Shown here piece by piece: positions 1 through 6,956 of a DNA stretch of 20,000 bases. A program made the position numbers and the translations under genes. This DNA comes from an uncultured virus (IMG/VR IMGVR_UViG_3300044612_002649) (lineage: Duplodnaviria; Heunggongvirae; Uroviricota; Caudoviricetes). Numbering within the stretch: position 1 is the first letter of the stretch; every line of letters starts with the position of its first letter. The stretch lies in IMG/VR virus record IMGVR_UViG_3300044612_002649. One strand, 5' to 3'. The notes under the pieces are model-generated. The model saw only the letters and a list, made by a program, of their open reading frames with translations. It was not told where the DNA came from and ran no database searches.

Positions 1-276
1 GAAAACCTCTTCGGTACCACCTTGACGCATATCTGGTGTTTTTGAAACACTTTTTTCAGGTGTCGCTTCATTGTTATAGAACACCAAATAGTCATCACCT
101 AACAACTTCGGACCATTATCGGTTGTTTTCAAAACAAACGCTGATACATCTAAATCATATTTTGGATTGTTATCTGGAACATTCCACCATAATACTGCCT
201 TTACCTTTCCCATGGCAGGTTGTGATTTGGTTAGGTTGATACCTTTATTTTCAGATTTTGCAAGATTAATTGCCAT
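1..276 (-). CDS. TerD/TerZ-family stress protein, partial (runs off the left edge; absent from the ORF track)
   Basis: Manual translation from ATG at 276 (RBS AGAGGT upstream) is open to position 1: MAINLAKSENKGINLTKSQPAMGKVKAVLWWNVPDNNPKYDLDVSAFVLKTTDNGPKLLGDDYLVFYNN...GGTEEVF. It has the TerD-type DLDxSAF and xVFYNN motifs and lies downstream of other Ter genes. Confidence 0.85.
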   Translation of the reverse strand, partial: MAINLAKSENKGINLTKSQPAMGKVKAVLWWNVPDNNPKYDLDVSAFVLKTTDNGPKLLGDDYLVFYNNEATPEKSVSKTPDMRQGGTEEVF

Positions 277-299
277 GTTATTACCTCTTGGTAGTTTAA

Positions 300-1307
300 T
301 TAAATTGATTTGTGTTTGATTGAAGAGATCAATGATGCACCAATGAATGCAGCACCAATCAACCCTGTAATGCTTTCTGGAATTTCGTATACAGTATTTA
401 CGAACATGATGATAGCCAATCCAAATATTGCATAGAATGCACCATGCTCTAGGTAAATGAATTCATCAACAGTGCCCTTATCTACCATTAGTAATGTTAA
501 GCTTCTTACGAATAACGCACCGATACCAAGGCCAATCATGATGATGAAAATATTGTTTGTCAATGCTAATGCACCTAATACTCCGTCGAAACTGAAGCTT
601 GCATCTAATACTTCCAAGTAAAGAAACGATGCTAACCCGGATTTGGCTACTGCACCTGTAACCGTGCCATCATCAGTCCCGATTACTGCTTCTAAACCAT
701 CGACAAGAATGTACGTTACTAATCCGAATACACTTGCGACCAAGAATGCTGATGCTTCTGTTTCATTATGTGTGGATCCGATGATTTTGTAAACAATATA
801 TACCAATACTAATGTAATTGCAGATTGTATTGCTTCAATTTTGCCTAATTTAGTGAATCTTTCTTCAATTGGTTTAAGCCAATGCGTATCTTTGTCATGA
901 TCGATGAAAAACTTTAATGCAACCATCATTAGGAATGTGCCACCGAAACCCATGACTGAGGTATGGACTGATTCTAGCGCATGAGAATACTGTTCTGGGT
1001 CATTAACTGCTAACATGAATGATGAATATGGGTTAATTCCCAATGCAACTGACACAATTGCTAATGGAAACACCATTCTCATACCAAATACAGCAATAGC
1101 CATACCCCAGGTAATGAAACGATGACGCCATATATCATCCATTCCTTTTAGAACTTGTGCATTCACGACGGCATTATCAAAACTCAAACTAACTTCAAGA
1201 ATTGATAGAACTAACGTGATCCAGGCTGCTTCGAGCCCACCGATCAAATATGCTAGTACGATACCGATACCAGCAATCAAAAAAGAACCTTTAAAATATT
1301 GTAACAT
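300..1307 (-). CDS. DUF475 / TerC-like integral membrane protein
   Basis: Many hydrophobic segments; motifs LEVSLSFDNAVVNA and LEVLDASFSFDGVLGA typical of DUF475/TerC proteins. Confidence 0.88.
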   Translation of the reverse strand: MLQYFKGSFLIAGIGIVLAYLIGGLEAAWITLVLSILEVSLSFDNAVVNAQVLKGMDDIWRHRFITWGMAIAVFGMRMVFPLAIVSVALGINPYSSFMLAVNDPEQYSHALESVHTSVMGFGGTFLMMVALKFFIDHDKDTHWLKPIEERFTKLGKIEAIQSAITLVLVYIVYKIIGSTHNETEASAFLVASVFGLVTYILVDGLEAVIGTDDGTVTGAVAKSGLASFLYLEVLDASFSFDGVLGALALTNNIFIIMIGLGIGALFVRSLTLLMVDKGTVDEFIYLEHGAFYAIFGLAIIMFVNTVYEIPESITGLIGAAFIGASLISSIKHKSI

Positions 1308-1370
1308 TGATTATTACCTGTGTGTTTGTTGAAAGAATCTTCATTCTACCTGTAAATTCAGGTATGTCAA

Positions 1371-2051
1371 TTATTTTTTAAACTTTCCGACCCAATCAGC
1401 AAATTCTTGGCTGATAATGTCTTCATATAAGTCTTCATCACTGATACTTTCGATATCATCTATCTTCAAATAACCGGCATTTGGGTATTTTTCGCCCAAA
1501 TATTCGATAAATGAGAAGTTCCCACCACCAATACCGATCAAAACCCAATATAAATCTTTAGATTGTGATTCTATGATAACCTTTTCAGTTGCTTGTTGAT
1601 CGAAATTCTCGCCATCGGTGATGAAAATAGCTAATGATGGGTCAGTTGAATTAGATTTCTTCCCAAACAACTTCCCAAATAGGCCAGTTTGTACTGGTGC
1701 GGCACTATTAACGATGTCTTTCATGACTGGTGCATACTCTGTACCACCTTCACTAATTTTTTTGACGATTTCACGGTCAACAAAGTCTTCGATGTTGCTA
1801 ATATTGACTGATGGCAGCTCAAATGAATCATTATGAAATGCCCAAATGTCAATAATTTTATCTTTATCGATGTTCATACCAATTGCTAGCACTCGTTCTA
1901 CCACATCTTGAACGACTTTGTTGCGATATAGGGTATTCATGGACCCACTGCGATCAATTGCCAGTTTTACTTGGCATGGAATGTCACGGATTTGTTTTTT
2001 AGTTAGGATGATACCTACTTTTTCTGCTCTTTTAGTTAAATCAATAGCCAT
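1371..2051 (-). CDS. vWA-domain protein of Ter clusters (TerF C-terminal-like vWA)
   Basis: MIDAS motif DRSGS, GGTEYAP, FITDGE, WVLIGIG; Ter cluster context. Confidence 0.85.
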   Translation of the reverse strand: MAIDLTKRAEKVGIILTKKQIRDIPCQVKLAIDRSGSMNTLYRNKVVQDVVERVLAIGMNIDKDKIIDIWAFHNDSFELPSVNISNIEDFVDREIVKKISEGGTEYAPVMKDIVNSAAPVQTGLFGKLFGKKSNSTDPSLAIFITDGENFDQQATEKVIIESQSKDLYWVLIGIGGGNFSFIEYLGEKYPNAGYLKIDDIESISDEDLYEDIISQEFADWVGKFKK

Positions 2052-2081
2052 TTTTACTTATCTCGGTTGATTGTTAAAAAA

Positions 2082-3221
2082 TTAATGGGTTTTTGGTCCT
2101 GCAATAGTGGTCCGTCCAGCATTAGATGAAATGGAAGCATACATGCGCTTCATTTCATCCATTCTCGATGCACTTTTAATTCTAGTTTCTTTACCAGTAT
2201 TGTTTATTTGCACAATTTCTCCTAATGTACTGATTAGGTTTTGATGTACATGTTCTATTGTAGCATCATCTATCAATGAACGTTGGTTTAATTTTGCTGA
2301 TTCAATTGAATTAGCACTAATGATGTTTGAATTGGTTTTAATTAGAGTATTGTTTGCATCATCTACTGCTGCTGCTAATGCTGCACTTTTTCTTAATTCT
2401 TGACCATCTATATACATTCTGATTTGTCTTTTCCATAATGGAATAGTCATAGTTTTGATATCATGGAATTTTTGGAGTAATGTTGCAGCACTATCTTCCA
2501 TTTGACTAATTGAAGGTGCATTTTGAATAGCCATCATTTGAAATTTCTTCAAATAATCGATTTTCTTCTCCAATCGATCTAAATTTTTTGTACTTCTATT
2601 AACTTCTTCGGCGGCAAGGAGATCTGATGCGTTAACCCGCATTTTTTCAATTTCTTTTGCCATTATTTGGTATGCTTCTTCTGCATCTTTGATCAAATTT
2701 TCTAATCTGTGATATTCATTCAAATTTTCACGGTATTGCACTTGCAGACCGTTTAATTTGGCAATAATTCTGTGATTGGCTTGATCAATTTCGTCAATAA
2801 TTTTGTCCATTTGTGTGGACACATCAGTGAATTCTGCTGAAAGTTGTTCACGGACATTAATAAACTTTTCTTTGATCTTTCCAAAGAGTTTTGAGATATT
2901 TGAATCTGAATTATTGTTCGTATTCAGGTGAAATGTCTTCGCCATTGTTAGAATACTAGTTAACTGTTGTTCAACGAAGTCAACGTCAGCATCTTTGACT
3001 TCATTTAATAAAGCTTCTGATTTTTTGGCAATATCTGACATAACATCCGCCCCGTAATCGATAATCCCGGTTGGTGAATCAAATGTTGAAAGTAATTGGA
3101 GTACACGAGGATTGGATGCGCCTAAATCTGACAATTGTTTAGGTGAAACTGGTGTAAATGACTGTTTAACTGAAACTTCAGTACCAGATGATGACACTTG
3201 AACAGGTTTAAAAGACTTCAT
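2082..3221 (-). CDS. TelA/KlaB-like toxic anion resistance protein
   Basis: Helical coiled-coil protein with IIDYGAD near the N-terminus, TIPLWK and the C-terminal pattern typical of TelA; adjacent to Ter genes. Confidence 0.8.
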   Translation of the reverse strand: MKSFKPVQVSSSGTEVSVKQSFTPVSPKQLSDLGASNPRVLQLLSTFDSPTGIIDYGADVMSDIAKKSEALLNEVKDADVDFVEQQLTSILTMAKTFHLNTNNNSDSNISKLFGKIKEKFINVREQLSAEFTDVSTQMDKIIDEIDQANHRIIAKLNGLQVQYRENLNEYHRLENLIKDAEEAYQIMAKEIEKMRVNASDLLAAEEVNRSTKNLDRLEKKIDYLKKFQMMAIQNAPSISQMEDSAATLLQKFHDIKTMTIPLWKRQIRMYIDGQELRKSAALAAAVDDANNTLIKTNSNIISANSIESAKLNQRSLIDDATIEHVHQNLISTLGEIVQINNTGKETRIKSASRMDEMKRMYASISSNAGRTTIAGPKTH

Positions 3222-3245
3222 AATACCCTTTTGAATGTGAATGTG

Positions 3246-3275
3246 TAAAAAGATAGTAGGGATTTCTCCCTACTA
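3246..3275 (-). terminator. Intrinsic terminator ending the tmRNA coding piece
   Basis: Minus strand reads TAGTAGGGA-GAAA-TCCCTACTA (9-bp stem, 3254-3275) followed by TCTTTTT. Confidence 0.8.
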
Positions 3276-3620
3276 GGTATTTTTGGTTATAAGGTATTTC
3301 CTACCCCAGAATTCGCTGGTTATTAAGCAGCGATAGCATCAAAGATGCCATCTACAGTGTAGAATTCAAATTTAGAATCGTTTGCGATTACTATGTTTAT
3401 GCTGATTAGGTCAGTCATCTCTCCTGTTGCCTTCTCTAACTCTTCGCCCAATCGAATCCAATACAGCCCCATCATAAAAACATAGATACTCCCCTTTTAA
3501 GGGGCAGGGAGTTTATGGCTATGGCCCCACTCTGATACCAACCTATGTTCTTATGGTGGAGCTGGCGGGTTTCGAACCCGCGTCTTGAACGCTTCCTCGT
3601 TGAAGGAATTACAACAATTC
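3254..3620 (-). ncRNA. ssrA: Permuted (two-piece) tmRNA: acceptor piece ~3620-3554, intervening segment 3553-3471, coding piece 3470-~3254
   Basis: On the minus strand the 3' tRNA-like part (GCGGG-TTCGAAA-CCCGC-CAGCTCC-ACCA, ending 3554) comes BEFORE the 5' part (GGGGCTGTATTGGATTCGA, starting 3470). The acceptor stem GGGGCUG/CAGCUCC has the G3-U alanine identity pair. Tag frame 3385-3323 encodes ANDSKFEFYTVDGIFDAIAA followed by TAA TAA. Outer boundaries are approximate. Confidence 0.93.
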
Positions 3621-3799
3621 TGTATATCTATACCGCACACCCTTGCGACTTCAGCCTGTTAAGGTAGAGCTACTAAATAGAACTCTATGACTTCTATATG
3701 TTAGCATAGATAAATTAAATATCTAACTATGGTTCAATAATGGCGTACCACTCCTGATCATTTATACTATGTACCAGATTTAAGTTAGACTATTTGCTT

Positions 3800-3827
3800 A
3801 TTATAGCATTATATTTATATTTGTCAA
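3800..3827 (-). promoter_or_regulatory. Consensus sigma70-type promoter upstream of the tmRNA locus
   Basis: TTGACA (3827-3822), 16-nt spacer, TATAAT (3805-3800), with an extended -10 TGn (TGcTATAAT). Confidence 0.8.
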
Positions 3828-3830
3828 GAA

Positions 3831-3902
3831 TTATTTGTTACGTTTTACACGTGCTTTTGTTCTTGGTTGACCGGTTACTTTGTTATTTCTACTTCTAGCC
3901 AT
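3831..3902 (-). CDS. Putative 23-aa basic peptide MARSRNNKVTGQPRTKARVKRNK
   Basis: ATG at 3902, TAA at 3833-3831, RBS AGAGGT ~8 nt upstream, and a consensus promoter directly upstream. Too short for the ORF track. Confidence 0.6.
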   Translation of the reverse strand: MARSRNNKVTGQPRTKARVKRNK

Positions 3903-3933
3903 TTTCGGTACCTCTGTTGTTTAAGATGAGCTT

Positions 3934-3961
3934 ATTATACATCAGCCAAACGTGATGTCAA
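3934..3961 (-). promoter_or_regulatory. Consensus sigma70-type promoter for the small basic ORF
   Basis: TTGACA (3961-3956), 16-nt spacer, TATAAT (3939-3934). Shares TATAATAAGC with the promoter at 3800-3827. Confidence 0.8.
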
Positions 3962-3971
3962 GCATTTTTTA

Positions 3972-3978
3972 ATAAATA
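3972..3978 (+). promoter_or_regulatory. ATAAATA late-promoter-like motif (T4-like gp55 type)
   Basis: ATAAATA just upstream of the first plus-strand gene; the motif recurs upstream of several other genes in the window. Confidence 0.5.
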
Positions 3979-3987
3979 CTACTATTA

Positions 3988-4437
3988 ATGGAGAAGTATG
4001 TGGACATAGGTATCCCTAATTTTGATTTTTTTAGTCTGGTACAACAAGCAGGATTCCCAATAGCCCTTGCAGTCGTGTGTGGCTGGTTTGTTATGCAAGC
4101 AATTCAGCTGGTGTTGGGTTCAGTGGTCAAATCCATTAAGAAGATGACATTTTTAATTAAATCAATGGATGGACGAGTGAAACAGATGAATGTTGATATT
4201 ATTGAGATTGATAAATTGATTTCACAAGCATTAAATGTTCAATCATTGCCAGAAAAAATACATCATGAAGTAGCAGCGGTAATGAATAGTCATGATGTGA
4301 AACAACCAATACAAACTAACCCAGCTCCTGAGATTCCTAAAAAATCAATTCGTGAGAAACTTAAGAATGCGGTTGATAATGCAATCGATAAAAACGTTGA
4401 TTCAATTATGGAAAAAGTAGAAGGAATTACAAAATGA
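3988..4437 (+). CDS. Small membrane protein (N-terminal TM + coiled coil; YvrJ/holin-like GFPI motif); true start may be GTG at 4000
   Basis: QQAGFPIALAVVCGWFV hydrophobic segment then an amphipathic helix; GGAG lies 6 nt before the GTG at 4000. Confidence 0.6.
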   Translation: MEKYVDIGIPNFDFFSLVQQAGFPIALAVVCGWFVMQAIQLVLGSVVKSIKKMTFLIKSMDGRVKQMNVDIIEIDKLISQALNVQSLPEKIHHEVAAVMNSHDVKQPIQTNPAPEIPKKSIREKLKNAVDNAIDKNVDSIMEKVEGITK

Positions 4438-4715
4438 GCCCAGAATATATAAAATTTTTTTCTGATACAATAACCCCAATTCTTGGTAGTTGTGTGTTAG
4501 GTGCATTTATATTCACCGCATTAAAATTTGTACTTGGTGATGTAATTACATCTGTTAGGACATTTGCTAGTATAGTTACTGCATTAGAGAACAGAGTTAG
4601 AATAACATCTAATGAATTGGTAAAAATCGATGTTACAGTTTCTGCAAAACTGGGATTACGCCCTGATTTGGACAGAATTGCGAGATCAGTTAGAGATGAT
4701 TGTAGGAGAGATTAA
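4434..4715 (+). CDS. Small membrane protein, paralogous to its neighbours
   Basis: TPILGSCVLGAFIFTALKFVLG TM segment then LENRVR coiled coil; ATGA overlap with the previous gene. Confidence 0.65.
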   Translation: MSPEYIKFFSDTITPILGSCVLGAFIFTALKFVLGDVITSVRTFASIVTALENRVRITSNELVKIDVTVSAKLGLRPDLDRIARSVRDDCRRD

Positions 4716-4973
4716 ATGGATATAACACAAATAGCAGATATTATAAATCGTTATGGATTTCCAATAATTGCCGCAGGATATATGTTGAAAATGGTGAAAT
4801 ATGTTTGGGATTTTACAATAAATGAGATTAATCCGGTACTGGTAGATGCAAATAAAGAATTAATTTCACTAATTGATAAAATTCGTCTAGTTGATGCGGA
4901 TTGCCTTCGAATTACTGCAAAATTGAATACAGTTCTTCAAATGCGAGAAAGTGAACAAAAAAATGATAAATAA
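4716..4973 (+). CDS. Small membrane protein, paralogous to its neighbours
   Basis: RBS AGGAG; INRYGFPIIAA motif then coiled coil; abuts the previous stop codon. Confidence 0.65.
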   Translation: MDITQIADIINRYGFPIIAAGYMLKMVKYVWDFTINEINPVLVDANKELISLIDKIRLVDADCLRITAKLNTVLQMRESEQKNDK

Positions 4974-5032
4974 GAATGTAGTTCGCGGAATGGGGATTCC
5001 CAACTACTTTAATACTTTACAGGAGTATCAAC
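4966..5032 (+). promoter_or_regulatory. Structured leader of the homing endonuclease gene: ATAAATA motif, hairpin, and RBS-occluding hairpin
   Basis: ATAAATA 4966-4972; GTAGTT-cgc-GGAAT-gggg-ATTCC-c-AACTAC 4978-5007; ATACT (5012-5016)/AGTAT (5024-5028) stem overlapping AGGAG (5021-5025). Confidence 0.55.
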
Positions 5033-5992
5033 ATGAATATTTATCAACATCAAGGTGTGTTTGCTGCTAATTTAGCAACACAACACTATTATACTATAAT
5101 AGAATATGCAATTCAACAACCTCGTAAAAAATATAGAAAGACAAACCCTCTGTATCAATATTACGAAGAGCATCACGTACTACCAAAATCAATATTTCCA
5201 GAATATAAAAAATCATTATGGAACAAAGTTTTATTGACAGCAGAAGAACATTATAATTGTCATAAATTATTACTAGAAATGACAGATGGTAAAAATAGAT
5301 CAAAAATGGTTTGTGCATTATGGTATATGACATCTGCAAGAACTCTAGACATGCATAGAAAAATACAGTCTGGTGAAGAATTTGAACAAGCAAAAATAAA
5401 TTGGTCTGAATATATGTCAGAATTAAAATTGGGTAAAAAATGTTCTCAGGAAACAAAAGATAAAATATCAGCTTCTAATAAAGGGCGAAAACCATCTGCA
5501 GCTGCAATAGAAGCAGTAATAAAATATAATACTGGAAGAAAGAAATGCCCGATTTCTATTGAAAAATCAAGATTGGCACAACTTGGTAATACTAATGTAA
5601 AAGGGAGAAAATGTTGGACGAACGGTATAGAAGATACATTTTCAAACGACTGCCCGGGTGAAGGATGGTATATAGGAAAAACGTATAAGCACTCTGAACT
5701 CACCAAACGAAAAATTGGAGAAGCCGGTAAAGGAAGAGTAATATCTGATGAAACAAGAAAGAAGATGAGTGAAAAAAGTAAAGGTATTAAAAAGGCTGAA
5801 GATTTTGGTGCTAAAATAAGTATAGCCAAAAAAGGAAAGAAAACCAACCAACAAGAAATAATGGGAAGAAAATATGCTTCAATGAATGATGAAGAATTTA
5901 ATTCTTATATTTCTAAAATGAAATCATTATTGGCAAAAAACAGAGCAACTAATCTTCGTACAAAATGGATAAATATTGTACGAAGACCTTGA
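5033..5992 (+). mobile_element. Free-standing HNH homing endonuclease with NUMOD3 DNA-binding repeats
   Basis: EEHHVLPKS...NKVLLTAEEHYNCHKLL HNH motif; NUMOD3-like repeats SQETKDKISASNKG, HSELTKRKIGEAGKG, SDETRKKMSEKSKG; RBS AGGAG. Confidence 0.88.
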
Positions 5993-6006
5993 TATTAGGG
6001 ACAGTA

Positions 6007-6297
6007 ATGAGAGCAAGTGAATTTATAAATGAAGATTGGCAAAAAGTAAATAAAAAAGACAATACGGATGGTATGAGTCAAAAAGCAGTTAATTCTTATA
6101 AACGGGAAAATCCTGGTTCTAAATTAAAAACAGCAGTTACTACTAAACCTAGTGAGATTAAGAAAGGAAGTAAAGATGCCAATCGAAGAAAAAGTTTTTG
6201 TGCAAGATCAAATGGACAAAAAAAGATGCATAACATAGATTGTTCAAGCACACCTGATAAGCCAATATGTAAAGCTCGTAAACGATGGAATTGTTAA
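6007..6297 (+). CDS. Small basic hypothetical phage protein (RRKSFCAR...RWNC type, recalled from T4-like aquatic phages)
   Basis: ATG at 6007 (MRASEFINE...) avoids overlap with the HNH gene and follows ATAAATA at 5969-5975. Lys/Arg-rich with four C-terminal Cys. Confidence 0.65.
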   Translation: MRASEFINEDWQKVNKKDNTDGMSQKAVNSYKRENPGSKLKTAVTTKPSEIKKGSKDANRRKSFCARSNGQKKMHNIDCSSTPDKPICKARKRWNC

Positions 6298-6306
6298 GGA
6301 AACAAA

Positions 6307-6861
6307 ATGGGAATTGAAGATTTAGGATTAAAAGCAGCGAGGAAAGCTGAAGAAAAGCAAATATCCTCTGCTGGGGATAAAATCAAAAGTAGAGCTGGAC
6401 TAGTAATTAATATTTTTGCTGCATTATTAGCTGCTAATACATATATCAGCGGAACATTGAACAGTACTATAATGAATAACACTATTAAAGCTAATGATTT
6501 ATGGAACTTTTATCAAGCAAAAAGTATGAAACAAACCATGTATGAATTAGCAGCATCAGATGCTGACACGCCTGAACTTTCTAAAAAGTTTTTAGATAAG
6601 GCTGCCAGTTATGAAAGTGATCCAACCACACGTGAAGGAAAACAGGAGTTATTAGAAGATGCCAAAGCTTTGGAAGAAGCACGTGATGTTGCTAAAACAA
6701 AAACACCTTGGATTTCTTATGCGAGTTCAGCATATCAATTAGCCATTGTATTATTGTCAACCAGTATATTATCAGCTAACATCTATTTGTTTTTTGGAAG
6801 TTTTATTGTGGCCGCCAGTGGTCTTGTACTAATGTTACAAGGAATATTTTTGTGGTGGTAA
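6307..6861 (+). CDS. DUF4337-like membrane protein
   Basis: TM - soluble helical region with ANDLWNFYQAKSMKQ - two C-terminal TMs (YQLAIVLLS...); RBS AAGGA. Confidence 0.75.
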   Translation: MGIEDLGLKAARKAEEKQISSAGDKIKSRAGLVINIFAALLAANTYISGTLNSTIMNNTIKANDLWNFYQAKSMKQTMYELAASDADTPELSKKFLDKAASYESDPTTREGKQELLEDAKALEEARDVAKTKTPWISYASSAYQLAIVLLSTSILSANIYLFFGSFIVAASGLVLMLQGIFLWW

Positions 6862-6864
6862 GAA

Positions 6865-6955
6865 TTGCCGTAGGACCGTGACTCTGTTACGAAGGCGATA
6901 GGTGGCTACCACCTTTGGAACGCTGATTCGCTACCAGCGTTCCAAGAAGTGTAGT
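6865..6955 (+). ncRNA. Candidate structured RNA element (three hairpins) between convergent genes
   Basis: CGTGAC/GTTACG stem within TGCC/GGCG; AGGTG-GCTAC-CACCT (6900-6914); perfect 11-bp TTGGAACGCTG-ATTCGCTAC-CAGCGTTCCAA (6915-6945). GC-rich relative to its flanks. Confidence 0.45.
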
Positions 6956-6956
6956 A

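Noticed and set aside
36..239. Plus-strand 67-aa ORF in the track
   Set aside because: Antisense shadow of the minus-strand TerD-family frame (276 to 1), which has an RBS and family motifs.
1347..1364. TACCTG-taaatt-CAGGTA hairpin between the vWA and DUF475 genes
   Set aside because: A 6-bp stem without a U-tract; too weak to call a terminator or an element.
3554..3590. tRNA gene, or a prophage att-site remnant of an ssrA 3' end
   Set aside because: No anticodon arm is present. The matching 5' end, tag frame and helix-2 complementarity lie downstream, so it is the acceptor piece of a permuted tmRNA.
5094..5854. Minus-strand ORFs inside the HNH gene
   Set aside because: Antisense shadows of a Lys-rich, A-rich gene, with no motifs.
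5965..6006. Track start at 5965 for the small basic protein
   Set aside because: It overlaps the HNH gene and the ATAAATA motif; the ATG at 6007 is more plausible.
4974..6006. Group I intron or intein hosting the HNH gene
   Set aside because: The flanking genes appear complete and the non-coding flanks are too short for a ribozyme core; treated as free-standing.
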